Part shown: positions 53,034-64,000 of the stretch, in pieces | Layout: each line of letters begins with the position of its first letter | Numbering within the stretch: the stretch's first letter is position 1 | Origin: Perna viridis | Lineage: Eukaryota | Direction of reading: 5' to 3' | Length of the DNA stretch: 64,000 nucleotides | Assembly (NCBI GenBank): GCA_037379345.1 | Contig: CM074513.1 | Location: 22,010,001-22,074,000, forward strand | The notes under the pieces: model-generated | The model's database searches: none | What the model was told of the DNA's origin: nothing | Seen by the model: only the letters and a program-made list of their open reading frames with translations | Translations under genes and position numbers: made by a program

Positions 53034-53244
53034 TCTGTATCTTATTCCTACACTCCTTGGTAACCACAGTCAAAACGGGGAAAGGAGTGCAGGGGAGTTC
53101 ACAAGTCCATGTATTTTTTAAGTGTGCCATTCATTCAAATCTCATAGTGGAAACATAAAATTTGTCATTTGATTCATTCATAAACAGATACACTCCAACA
53201 TGTATAAGGCTCTAGCTATGGTAACTTCTTCATAACTCCATTAC
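53034..53244 (-). other. 5' UTR portion of the ATG-containing ZNF608/609 exon
   Basis: Strong acceptor ttaactatattttcAG|GTAATG at 53245/53244; no comparable acceptor nearer the ATG. Confidence 0.6.
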
Positions 53245-56200
53245 CTGAAAATATAGTTAAATTCCATTACAAATGATCATAATTACTCAAGAATTAAAGC
53301 CACATACATGTACAAGTATATTATAAACATTAAACTAACCATACAGACATTAAATTATGGACTAACTGACAGTCATTAATTTATTTTCATTCACAACTAA
53401 CCTTTATATGATCAGCTTTAAATTGAAACCTGACCAAGATTTGTGTGCAGCTGTTTTTACAGATTGCTGATTTCTTTAACCCATTAACATGTTTTAACTT
53501 TAAAGTCACATGTAAAATGCATTGATCATACTTTATTCTATAGTGCTTCCCAACTTGTTATTCTGTACCAAATTTCAGGTTATAAAACTCACTATGCAAA
53601 TTTTTCCATTCAGATCAGCTATGAAGCAAATTATTGAATTAATAGTCAGTGTTGCTATCCTATCTTGACAATATAAAAATGTAATCTTAAGTCAATGTGC
53701 CACATGTCTACCATGTTTGTACAAATGTTCAAGGAGCTAATAAAAATACTCAAGTGTTCACAAGTCTGTATATTGTTAAAATAAGAGTGTAAAACCAGTG
53801 TTAGATTGATTTAGATTGTCCTTGCATTTTAATACTGGCAAGACACTATCAAAATGTCTTACATGTACATTGTACATGTCCTCCTTAAATGATATCAATT
53901 TGTTCTTGGTTCATGTTACTAAAACGTTACAGAATTAATCATTAACTTTTATTTTCTGTACATTAAATAACACTAAGGTACAAATACTAAGACCTAATTT
54001 TAAATCAGTCAGTTCATAGCATGTCATGTATATATGTATTAATAGATATTTTTTAATCTTTGTATGAAAAATATGAAAGAAACTTGCTCAAAGGCAATGC
54101 TTATATAACTGTTGGTTTTTAATATGAATATAAATGTACTAGTTCATTAACCATGCATCTGCAGTACATTTGTCACTTTAGGACACAAGAGAAAACACAA
54201 CTGGTGCTGAATCAAAGAAAAACAGAATGGAATACTGCTCATGATTTACCCACGGTTTCTTTCCATAAAATAGATATAAATATCAGACTACATAAATACA
54301 ATGTCTTTTTACCCAGTTAAAATATAATGCTTCAATAACCACTTCAATTCAAATTAAATGAAGTGAGCAATTAAGACATGATATTTTTATTACAATACAA
54401 ATATTTCTGAGCCTTGAGAGCCAATCGTAAGCATTTTATATTTGAACCTGGAGCTTACTCCCAATTTTTCCCTTATCCAAATAATTATGACATGTTTGGA
54501 TCTTGAAACTAACTTCAAATAAAAACAGAAATGAGGGATCTAATATACAAATTACTTACAAGAAAAACAAAATTCACTCAACATATTTTGGTGACACTTG
54601 ATAAAATGAAGTCATCAAAAAAGGTTATACAAATTAATAAAGCACTACTAAAATCTCCTACCTTGAAAGATTAAACACAGGATGAATAGCAAAATCCAGA
54701 CTGACTCAAGATCAAACAATAAAACTTCCACTATAAAAGATTAAAATGTTTTTGTACTAATCCTGGTGTATCAGTTGTTAATCTTCCATAGCCAAGTAGT
54801 GGTTTAAATAAATAATTATACTTTATAAGATCTGAACTTAGATAACATATCATAATTGTGTATAAGAGTTTGATTACTGATTTATCAAATTAACCTGAAG
54901 ATATGACATATCTACAATTTACAACATTTTCATACCTGTAGTCTACAGGTAAATCTCGTCAAGGTGTGAATTTCAATGAAATGAAATCAACATTCACTTC
55001 AGACTGGGGGTAAAAAAAAGGTAGTCAAAAGCCGTCGAGGCGTCGAGAAGTAATACTTTCTTAAAGACGCCAAAAATCCCTCCTTCATATTTAAATTCAC
55101 AATAACAATACACATGCAAATAAAATGACCAGAAATTATCTGAAAATTTAAACCTGGGGAGTCATGTGCCTGGCTTACTATCTAAATATTTGACTTTTGG
55201 CCTGTATAAAATAAACTTTGGGAACAAGTGGATTTTTTTAAGTACTGAAATAATTCAAGTTGAATCATGTGAACAAATAGATACAACGATATTGACAAAC
55301 CTTTTATCAATGAGAGCAAAGCTTCGTGTGATAGATATAATTTTTTCTATATTATACTAGGTAAAATAATGAATTGCACAAGTAAAATATGACCACATAA
55401 GGTCTACTATATGTATAATATATAATATTTCTTTTTATGACAGCATTGATATTGTAATTATGCAAATGATTTTTTCATCTTCAACATATACTAGGAAGCC
55501 AATTTGTCAATTGTTACCACCATAATATAAAACAATAAACAGATGTACAATGTACATGTATTATGTTAAATGCAATTGTATAATGAAAAAGACAATACAT
55601 GTAGACATTAAGTTAAAATCTAAATGTTCATATACCTACATGTACATGTATGTTGGGAGTACCCAAGTTTTTGGACAAGTACACTGCATTGTAAGATACA
55701 GGTGTGTACAAATGTACTAACATTTTGTATTTTTAAACCAGTCTGACACTGTATAAAAATTCTTCCTATATGTTGAACAGTGGAAATATGTAACAATGGT
55801 AACAATGTAATAATGGTAGTAATTGTACAATGTACATGTATAAATATGTCATCAAAAATGATTAATACAGAAGTTTGACATATACATGTATTAACACAGT
55901 ATATGTGTGTAATGTTTAGCAGCCAATGTGTTAATGTGTGTGTGTATTGTACATGCTTGTGTATTCAACAGTTCATGGTGACATCAGCTTTTTTTTTAAT
56001 TCACATTTCTATTATCTATATGGACATGGAAAAAGTTTTGCTGACAAGTTCTTGTCTTTTAAACATGTATATATGTCCCGACTTCAATATAAAATGATTG
56101 ACAACTAAAATATGAACATGAATTAGACAGTTGTTTCTAAGAAACTTAAATAATTAAAGATCAGAGTTATGTCATGCTAACAAGAGTTAATATAACTAAT

Positions 56201-59200
56201 AAAAATCAATTCGGTTGTTGTTTTTCTGTACATGTACATTTATTGCTGAATCATTTTAAGTAAATTATTTCCAAAGTGAAGGTCTTGTTGACATCTAATA
56301 TAAAAGCCTTTGTTAGAAACCTGAGTTATATGAAAGCTGATAAAAATTTGTCCCTTTAAACACACTAGGAACCTGGTGAGCCTTTAATTTGAATGTTGGT
56401 TGTCAAAGGCTAGCTACAATTCCTTTGTCATGCTACATGTACTTAATACACACCATTTTTTGTGACTAAAACAAAATTTATCACCAACAAAAAAAAAACA
56501 ATTGATTTTAACTGACTCGGTTCTCCAATATTTATATTTACAAATCTCTAAATTTTTAAACCAAAAGATAGTCTTAGAACAAAATGATTGAAATAGTAAA
56601 GTTATAGAACCATCTAATTAGAGACTATTATATGGAAGGTATTTAACCAAAGCATTAGGATTTAAATCAATTTACTGAGCCTTAAGCCTTATTGAATCTT
56701 CTTTCAAAATGGTATTTCACATCTCCTTAAAATGATCTTAACTGGCATCTTTACAAGTGAATGAATAATTTCAACATAATTTGACATGTATTTAACATGC
56801 ACATGTAGATAATTTTGTGTGTGTGTGTATCATCACTAAAAGGCAGTGATTTTGAAAAGGGGCCATTTCAGGACTTTTCAAAGATATTAATAATCTGAAG
56901 GCGGCCTTTGTTCAGAAACCATATAGTTTTCTTTTGGATAAATGGGCCATTTCCAGCTGGAAAGGGCTAAGATCCCATGGCCCCTTGTCTCCCTAAACCC
57001 TGAAAGTGAAATGAGATTAATATCAAAATGGCGTTTTAATACTTGGAAAGTGATAATTTAAGAAATACTCCAAATTAATGCATTTTCCATCATGATTTTA
57101 ATATGAAAAATTATTCTGATAAACAATAATTCCTAAAAACTTACATCTCCAAAATAAAAGCAAAATGCAAAGCAAATTATTTACAATGTGTGTCTAGTTG
57201 TTTTTCACTCAAAACCAGAGCTACATGTACATGTATGCAAACCTAACTGGTACATGTATTTGTTGTTCACTTTTGTTCATTTAACTTTCTGCATTTTTTA
57301 ATTTTCTAAATTTCAACAGTTACTGGTAGAACAATTTTGCAACACAGCTTATCAGTGTAAGTACAAATAATCCACATTGTTTGCTTGAACATATGGCTTA
57401 TCAAAATTAACATTTTAACCAGAGGCCAGAATTATTCCTCATTGTACTCATCATTTATATCATGCATGAGATGTGAGCTAAAAATCCAACCAGTCTTCAA
57501 AGTAAATAAAAACAGAAAATACCTAATTAAAAATAATATACTGTTCTCATTACACAAATTTGGCATAAATAGCAGATAAAAGAAACCACATGATACTGCT
57601 CCTTTTCAAGAAATTCATGTCACACCCCTGGGCTCTAAACTCAACATGATACAATTAAAATACACCAGCCTTTAGGCCATACAAACACGGGATACAAGTG
57701 AGATGACTTAATTGAAATAGGTTATAATTAAGAACAACATTTTTTGTATGTTTGATTAGCCTGAGTGAGCAGATTGAAAGTAAGAGAAGTTTATTGTACA
57801 CTTAAAAATCTATGTTTTTGTGTACAGGATAAATTTATTACACCTATTGAAAAACTAACAGCATAAGACATGATTTATTTATCATACCAATCCTATTTAT
57901 AATTCTAGATTTCCCATTCATGCTTCAAATTAGCCAAACAAATAAGACTGCAGGGTAATGGAAAAAGAAAATGTTAACAAAGAAACAGTTTACAATACTA
58001 TACTTGAATGAAGTACCATGTTTTCCATTTTGTAGCAACCCTCACGGAAATGTAAGCATAATAGCTAAGAGACTGTCGTTAATTGAACTTCTCCTTTTAT
58101 TCCCATCAATTTATATTTAATGGGACCATCTTTTCACGCTTTATACTCCACAGCCACCACTCGTCCAGCACAATTGATCACACACAAGACTAGTACAATG
58201 ACTGGCAAACTACTTCCAATAATAATTAATAAAACTGCTATAAATTAAAATCATACAGATGTGCCTGAATTATTGGTAGTATGCATCAATAATTCTGCAT
58301 CATTGTCATTACAGCAATGAAATGAGGTATTACCTGAACTTAAGACCGACAAACCACAAACGGATACTTTTATCTTTTATCATTATAAATTCAGAACTTA
58401 AACAGTTAAAAATACAAGGTACAAAGACTGGAATTTCAGTGTGGAATTCTTCAGGCTTAAGCATATTATTGTCCCTTAATTCTCAAAAAAAGAATTTTAA
58501 ACTCAAGAAAATGATAAGGCTTGTCTGACTAGAAACAACATTACAGAGAGTGTCAATTTCTCATCATTAACAACTAGTTTATCAATAGAACCAAGACAGC
58601 TGTCAAATATCCCCATGGTTTCTTCAATTATTTGTATTGAAATGCTGAATACTTTGATACTCCAGATAAAAAAAAACAAAATTGGATCCTTATTTCATTC
58701 TTTAACAACATTTTTTTTAAGAACAAAGGATATTTAACAAATTGATAATTGGCATGACTTTATCAATTGACAAAATCGTTTAATCAATATTGATCTCTTG
58801 TTGTATGGATTTATGGACTAATTAGCATAAGAAACAATCTGATAAACCATTATGACCTGAAGGTAGAAAATTTTCCCTCCTAATCTCACCAAGATATTTT
58901 CCTCTGCATGATTGGGAGTATTTGTGAAATCAATCTGTGCAAGCTAATTTGCATCTTCATGTCTGGATTGTGGTTTCCTTTTACAATAAAGTGTACACAA
59001 TAGCTCTTTTCATGTAACTGAACATATTCATCCTTTCAATGAGTTTTCTCTACTTTTAATCTATACAAATGAACAAAAAGACAAACCTACTTCTTAGCAG
59101 GGTCCATCTATCAGCAAAAATAATCAGAGGATGTTCAACCCCAACAAAACAATCAGTCAAATCTGCATTACTTCAGGAATAAATGAAGCATGACTGTGGA

Positions 59201-60939
59201 CAACTTAATTCAAAAGTGTTAATCTTATTTACATTTGGTGAAATCATACATACATGAGTGATTACAGATAATCTTCACAAAGAGCTTCACTTTGTAGCTT
59301 TAACATGGTCATGCTAATCCCAGCTCTACACTTGGCCATTTAAAACTGAACATTGTAAAGAAATGCTTAAATTCCATCTGTGTCAAGCAGTTTGTGGTGG
59401 TCTTTAGAAATAAAATAAGGTTTTTTTCTAACACAATGTCTACCATTTGCCTTCATTGAACCATATCCTAACCAGATATTATATTTTTTCCAGTATGCAT
59501 GTAACACTTTAAATATTTATCCACATATCTTTCAAGCTTTTTTGAGTAAAATTTCATTAAACATTTAAAGTCTTTTCAAATGAGTTCACTTGGTATAAAT
59601 CAATCTGTTTAATGTAGAGCTGCTGGGTTCAATAAAAAAGTTAGATTAAGTTCCCCCTTACTCATCTAAGGGGAGAAAACTCAACATATTTCACCTATGC
59701 AGTAAACACATGTAAACAAATATTTCCTTTGTATGATATCAATTTAAACAGTTTTAAGTATAGTAGTAACTAGTTGGTTTAATAGCACAATGTCATAAAT
59801 ATATGTATATAAACAGACTTTAGATTTAATCAGAACAACTGCCTTTACCATGTACATGCACAATAATACATGAACAAGGACACTCTACATGTACAATTTG
59901 TAATCATACAGAAACCATGCTTATGGTGACCAGTCTTAAAAATAATGAATTCAGCATTGGGATAAAAAAAATTGTCCACATATACTGAATAGCTACAGTT
60001 TGGTTCTACACATGAATGCGTAAATATTGACACTGTTTGGAGTTGAACTACATATACACCAAATGTAGACATCAGGCTTACAACATTCCTTGGTTGTCCA
60101 ATCCAATTGATATGGACAAGTTTTAATCGAGACTATTAATAAAACAAAAGAAAAAAGAATTATGAATCTGTTGAAAATCTTAATACAGATTCGAACAAAC
60201 AGTATTTTAAAATAATATTTTTAGATAATCACAGTATTTAAAGAAAATATCATGTTACACATTTGACCTCGTACACCATACCATGACTAAGTGGTTCAAT
60301 AGCATATCATAGATGTTTTCATTAAAATAGGACACTTTGCTTACAACTGTATTTCTAAACACAGAGGAATTAAACATCAAACACAATTGAAATTAGAACA
60401 ACAAATGTCACAGAAACTCTGATGAGGAATTTTCTTCTTAAAATCAATGGAAAATTTGAAATTCTACACTCTAAATTCAATTTCCAAACAAATCAATGAA
60501 AAGACTTTTGTGCTATTGAATCTAATGTTAAAACAGGATTTTACAAATCTCTTTGAACTCAAGTATTAAAATACAAATGGAATTCGCATTTTTTTTATTT
60601 TGTTTTATTAAAATTTAAATTTTTAGTAATTTAAAATTAAATATATACAAGTAAATAAAACAAGTACATGCACATCAATTCCTTTCACATGTAAATTAAT
60701 TAAACATCATTTGGCCAAAAAATTGGACAATATAATAATATGTATATTAATAAGAGATTTACTACCTGCCAAATCTTCAACTTCATAATCACATTTCTAC
60801 AACCTTGCAGTTGTAAATTAGGGGTACTCATAAGGGGCAGAACAAAAACATTACACGGGGTGGTCTTTCTGTCGACATTTTTTCAACACTACATTTTTCT
60901 GTTGTGTTTTTCAATGGTTGATAAACCATGTTAAACTTG

Positions 60940-61400
60940 AAACGCTTCTGTGTAAACACACAAGCCGTGATTTTATCATACCGACTGAGGCATGATAAAT
61001 GGCCGAACGATCGTACAAAACGACCGGAAAGACATGAACAGCGTCTGTTTTTGTTTATTTGCACCTGTCGAACTGACTTACCGATGGTCTTTGTACAATC
61101 TTCATACAATATTCTTCAAAGTTCATTAATATATATCACAAAATTTCACTAAAACAAACGTCAATTTTACTATAATTTTCCTTTGTTCGTAGCTTCGCCT
61201 ACCATCTATAGTGGAAGGTTGGTCAGTGCTGAATGGCCAAGGAGAAAATCAGTCAGCCAATCAAATCGCCGGATTCTCGCTCACTCTGAGTAGGCCAAAC
61301 AACTTGTTTTGCGTTTACTGTAGGCCAAGCTAACAATTATCGATTTTGTTTACAAACTGTGACCTGGTTAAATATGAACGACTTTTTTGTGCGGTAAAAA
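60940..61400 (-). promoter_or_regulatory. Putative promoter / unmethylated 5' region of ZNF608/609
   Basis: About 20 CpG by hand count in 60901-61380 versus none in 53281-53760; AGCCAATC (NF-Y-type CCAAT) at ~61255-61262. Confidence 0.55.
61082..61200 (-). other. Probable non-coding first exon of ZNF608/609 (TSS approximate)
   Basis: Canonical donor TCG|GTAAGTC at 61082/61081 inside the CpG-retaining segment, downstream of a CCAAT box. Confidence 0.55.
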
Positions 61401-62087
61401 GCAATATCATTTATGATTTTTATTTCAACTGAAGAACGAATTTCACTTTATTATATTTTTCGATGTACAATAAGCTTTTAAATTAATGATAGTTTATTCA
61501 TTGATTTTCAGAGTAATAAAACATTTTGTCTTCACTATCAATCTTCAACGAAGACAAACAAACACGCATTTTTTATTCATGACTTGAATACACACAAGTA
61601 GTAATTATCTACTTTCGTTGTGTGTTAAGTACCCATCCACATGCGGTTCATAGTTGTTAGTGTGTTATGTGTATTTTAATATGCTTCTGTTAGCTAATCA
61701 TAATATACAAAATTTAATACATGTATATGCGTCATTTCCAAGATTTCATCGCTAAACAAAAATGTGACGACATCCACAATAAATAGTTTGTCTCTCGCTG
61801 GCAAAACTTTTTTCTGAACAAGACAACTCCCAAAAAGGTCATATAAAAATATCTGGAATATAAGAGTACATGTACCCACCCAAAATCTCACCACAAATAA
61901 CTCTAACTCCTATAGGAGCTTATATATATGTACTAGGGAAAAAAACTATGAGAAATACTATCCCCCATTCGATAGCATGCACCTTTCCACCTTCAAAATG
62001 ACCGAAAAAGGCATGTAATAAAGATTCATGCAATACTAGAGAATGCCAGGCAAGCCAGCGGGAAAGATAAACAGTTCATGTTTTGAA

Positions 62088-62248
62088 CCGACAGAGGACA
62101 CTTACCCAACCGGTGCATCTGGTCCATGTTCAGTCAAGTTTTGTGCACGTGTTTGTTTCTATTTTCTTTGTCTAGTCGTTTACCCCCTCCCCATGGATTA
62201 TGTTCGTTTTGATTACCCGTCTAATCCCGGTTCCCTTGATTTCACCAG
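62088..62248 (+). mobile_element. Divergent Penelope-like 3'-terminal fragment
   Basis: Shares cagaggacacttaccc..ccggtgcatctggtccatg and ttttgattac...ggttcccttgatt with the reverse complement of 10574-10790. Confidence 0.7.
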
Positions 62249-62939
62249 CTAACAGCTAATGCGAGAGTGAAAAACAAATGCAGGTAAACAATTACATGCA
62301 TGGGAGGTGCACATGTATACTTGTATTCAATAATCAACAAGATTCTGTGAAAGTTCCATTCTATTCAGAGGTGTGGGGGCAGTAAAGGATAAATATAGGT
62401 ATACTCTCGTAACCCATGCTTTGCCATGCACATGAAACCATAAAATTTAAATGAACCAAAATCGTGGATGTCGTGCAAGAATATCAGTTACATTAATTAC
62501 TCAGAGTGAAGTGTGTTAGAGACTTTGAAATCTTTGGAATGCTTGACAAAAAGGTGGATAAAATAAAATATATACTCAAAAGAATTATTTAAGATGCAAA
62601 CCATATTCCAGTTTCAAGGATTACCTTGGTGTACCGGGGGTCATTTAGGCATTACTCGAGGTTTGGGGATTAGCGGGTAAAATAATCACACTCCCCCACC
62701 AATATTTCAAGTGGAATATTCTAGGTGTATATATACCGGTCGATTTGAGTGGTCCCTTATATCCAAAAGTATAATATGGTCCAAGCTACAGCCAAAAAAG
62801 CCAGTGCAAAAATGTATGGAACCGTATGGAATCATGCGGTAATTGAAGGGCTGTAGCCAGATGCATGGATACCACCGTAGCCCTTTACATTGTATTCACA
62901 AATGACAAGTTATGCTATTTGAAACCTCCAAACTATAAC

Positions 62940-63090
62940 TAGGATCATGATGCACAATGTGAATATGTAACATAAAAGCTTCACTAAATTTAATTCTGTG
63001 GTGTAGGAGGAACGAATAAGAGATGAATACCCCTCTTTTTAAGGGAAGGGATTAAGTACGAACGGAAGGAAGCAAGATGGGGTATAGAAA
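62940..63090 (+). mobile_element. Fragment of the same HINE-type family with a single, unamplified terminus
   Basis: gcacaatgtgaatatgtaa...gtggtgtaggagga...gagatgaatacccctct...ggaaggaag...ggggtatag parallels 35437-35560 and the array end. Confidence 0.55.
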
Positions 63091-64000
63091 TATCAACACC
63101 AAGAGAGTACTCCCCAATTGATCCCTGTCTGTGATAAATTGCAATCAAAACAGCTACAGTACATACCACAGAATCAATATTATATATCAAAATTGCAAAA
63201 AAAAAAATACAAAACAAAACAAAACAAATACAAATACAAAAACAAATACAATCAATCCTTTATTTGAAAATGACTTGAACAAACTAAACACACGATTCAA
63301 ATTTGTCTTTATGAACAAAAGGAGAGATAGTATTTTTGTATGCAAAACTCATAAAGAGAACAAAAATGGTCGAGTACATTTTACTTGTCTTTAGGATAAA
63401 GAAGATGGTTTTCGGTGAGGTTTTATTATAGATTCCACGGACAAGTGGAGTATATGTCATAACAAAATAAACAATAAAAACATATGGAAATTCTAAAAAA
63501 AAAAAATAATACAAAAAAAGAAATTCCTTTGCATAAACAATAAATTGAGTTGCAAGAAGGATGTATGACATGTGACAAATGGTTGACTATGACGAAGTCC
63601 AATGATACCCACGAAGTAGTAGTTTTTCCCTGAAAGGACTTTACAATTATGTGATTTTATGCGTACATATAAACACAAATTCATTTCGTAACACTTGAAT
63701 ATTGTTAGAACCCCGAGATTTTCAAACATTTTTCCACGAGCTCCAGATAATCCTCATACTGGTTTGAAAATTATGGCCATATAGTGTGCTTTATATACTG
63801 ACAGCTGACAATCGGACTCAAAAATAAAAGAACTGGGTCACGTTCAAAAAAGAAACAAAACAAAAAAACAAAATAAAATCAAAACAAACAAATACCCCTA
63901 AAAATACTAACAAAAGAGAGTGCAGCAGCTGTTCTAAAGACAGTAAAATATGTAATAATACAATTTTGAGAATCGTCGTTGCAAGCATGTCTAATGGTCA

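Noticed and set aside
63190-63900. A-rich (CAAAA)n tracts as telomeric or functional repeats
   Set aside because: Short simple repeats that do not match TTAGGG.

Overview
AT-rich, intron-containing animal genomic DNA, most likely a bivalve mollusc (oyster-like repeat families; the taxon is inferred). Two convergent genes fill the window. (1) On +, a MAP1/futsch microtubule-associated protein gene with three visible coding exons (<1-119, 20949-21041, 26008-30197; >=1466 aa, start codon just outside the window), a 20.8 kb first intron and a long 3' UTR containing a ~157-nt near-perfect hairpin. (2) On -, a complete ZNF608/ZNF609 (scribbler/brakeless) gene with five coding exons that splice in frame (53033-52611, 47876-47735, 47177-47090, 43461-40040, 39284-39214; 1381 aa), a probable non-coding first exon and a CpG-retaining promoter near 61.1-61.4 kb. 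Introns and the intergenic gap hold a truncated Penelope-like (probably Naiad-type) RT remnant with solo 3' ends, Helentron/pearl-type non-autonomous elements, many MITEs and tandem repeats. The most notable items are a 28S rRNA fragment embedded in a Helentron-like element with the R2/I-PpoI target site deleted, a 10-copy array made from a transposon terminus, a circZNF609-like exon with 11 upstream ATGs, a candidate poison exon in a UGCAUG-rich MAP1 intron, and possible ancient MAP1-ZNF608/609 linkage. I found no prokaryote-type system (CRISPR, operon) and nothing I can certify as a new system. All coordinates were read by eye.
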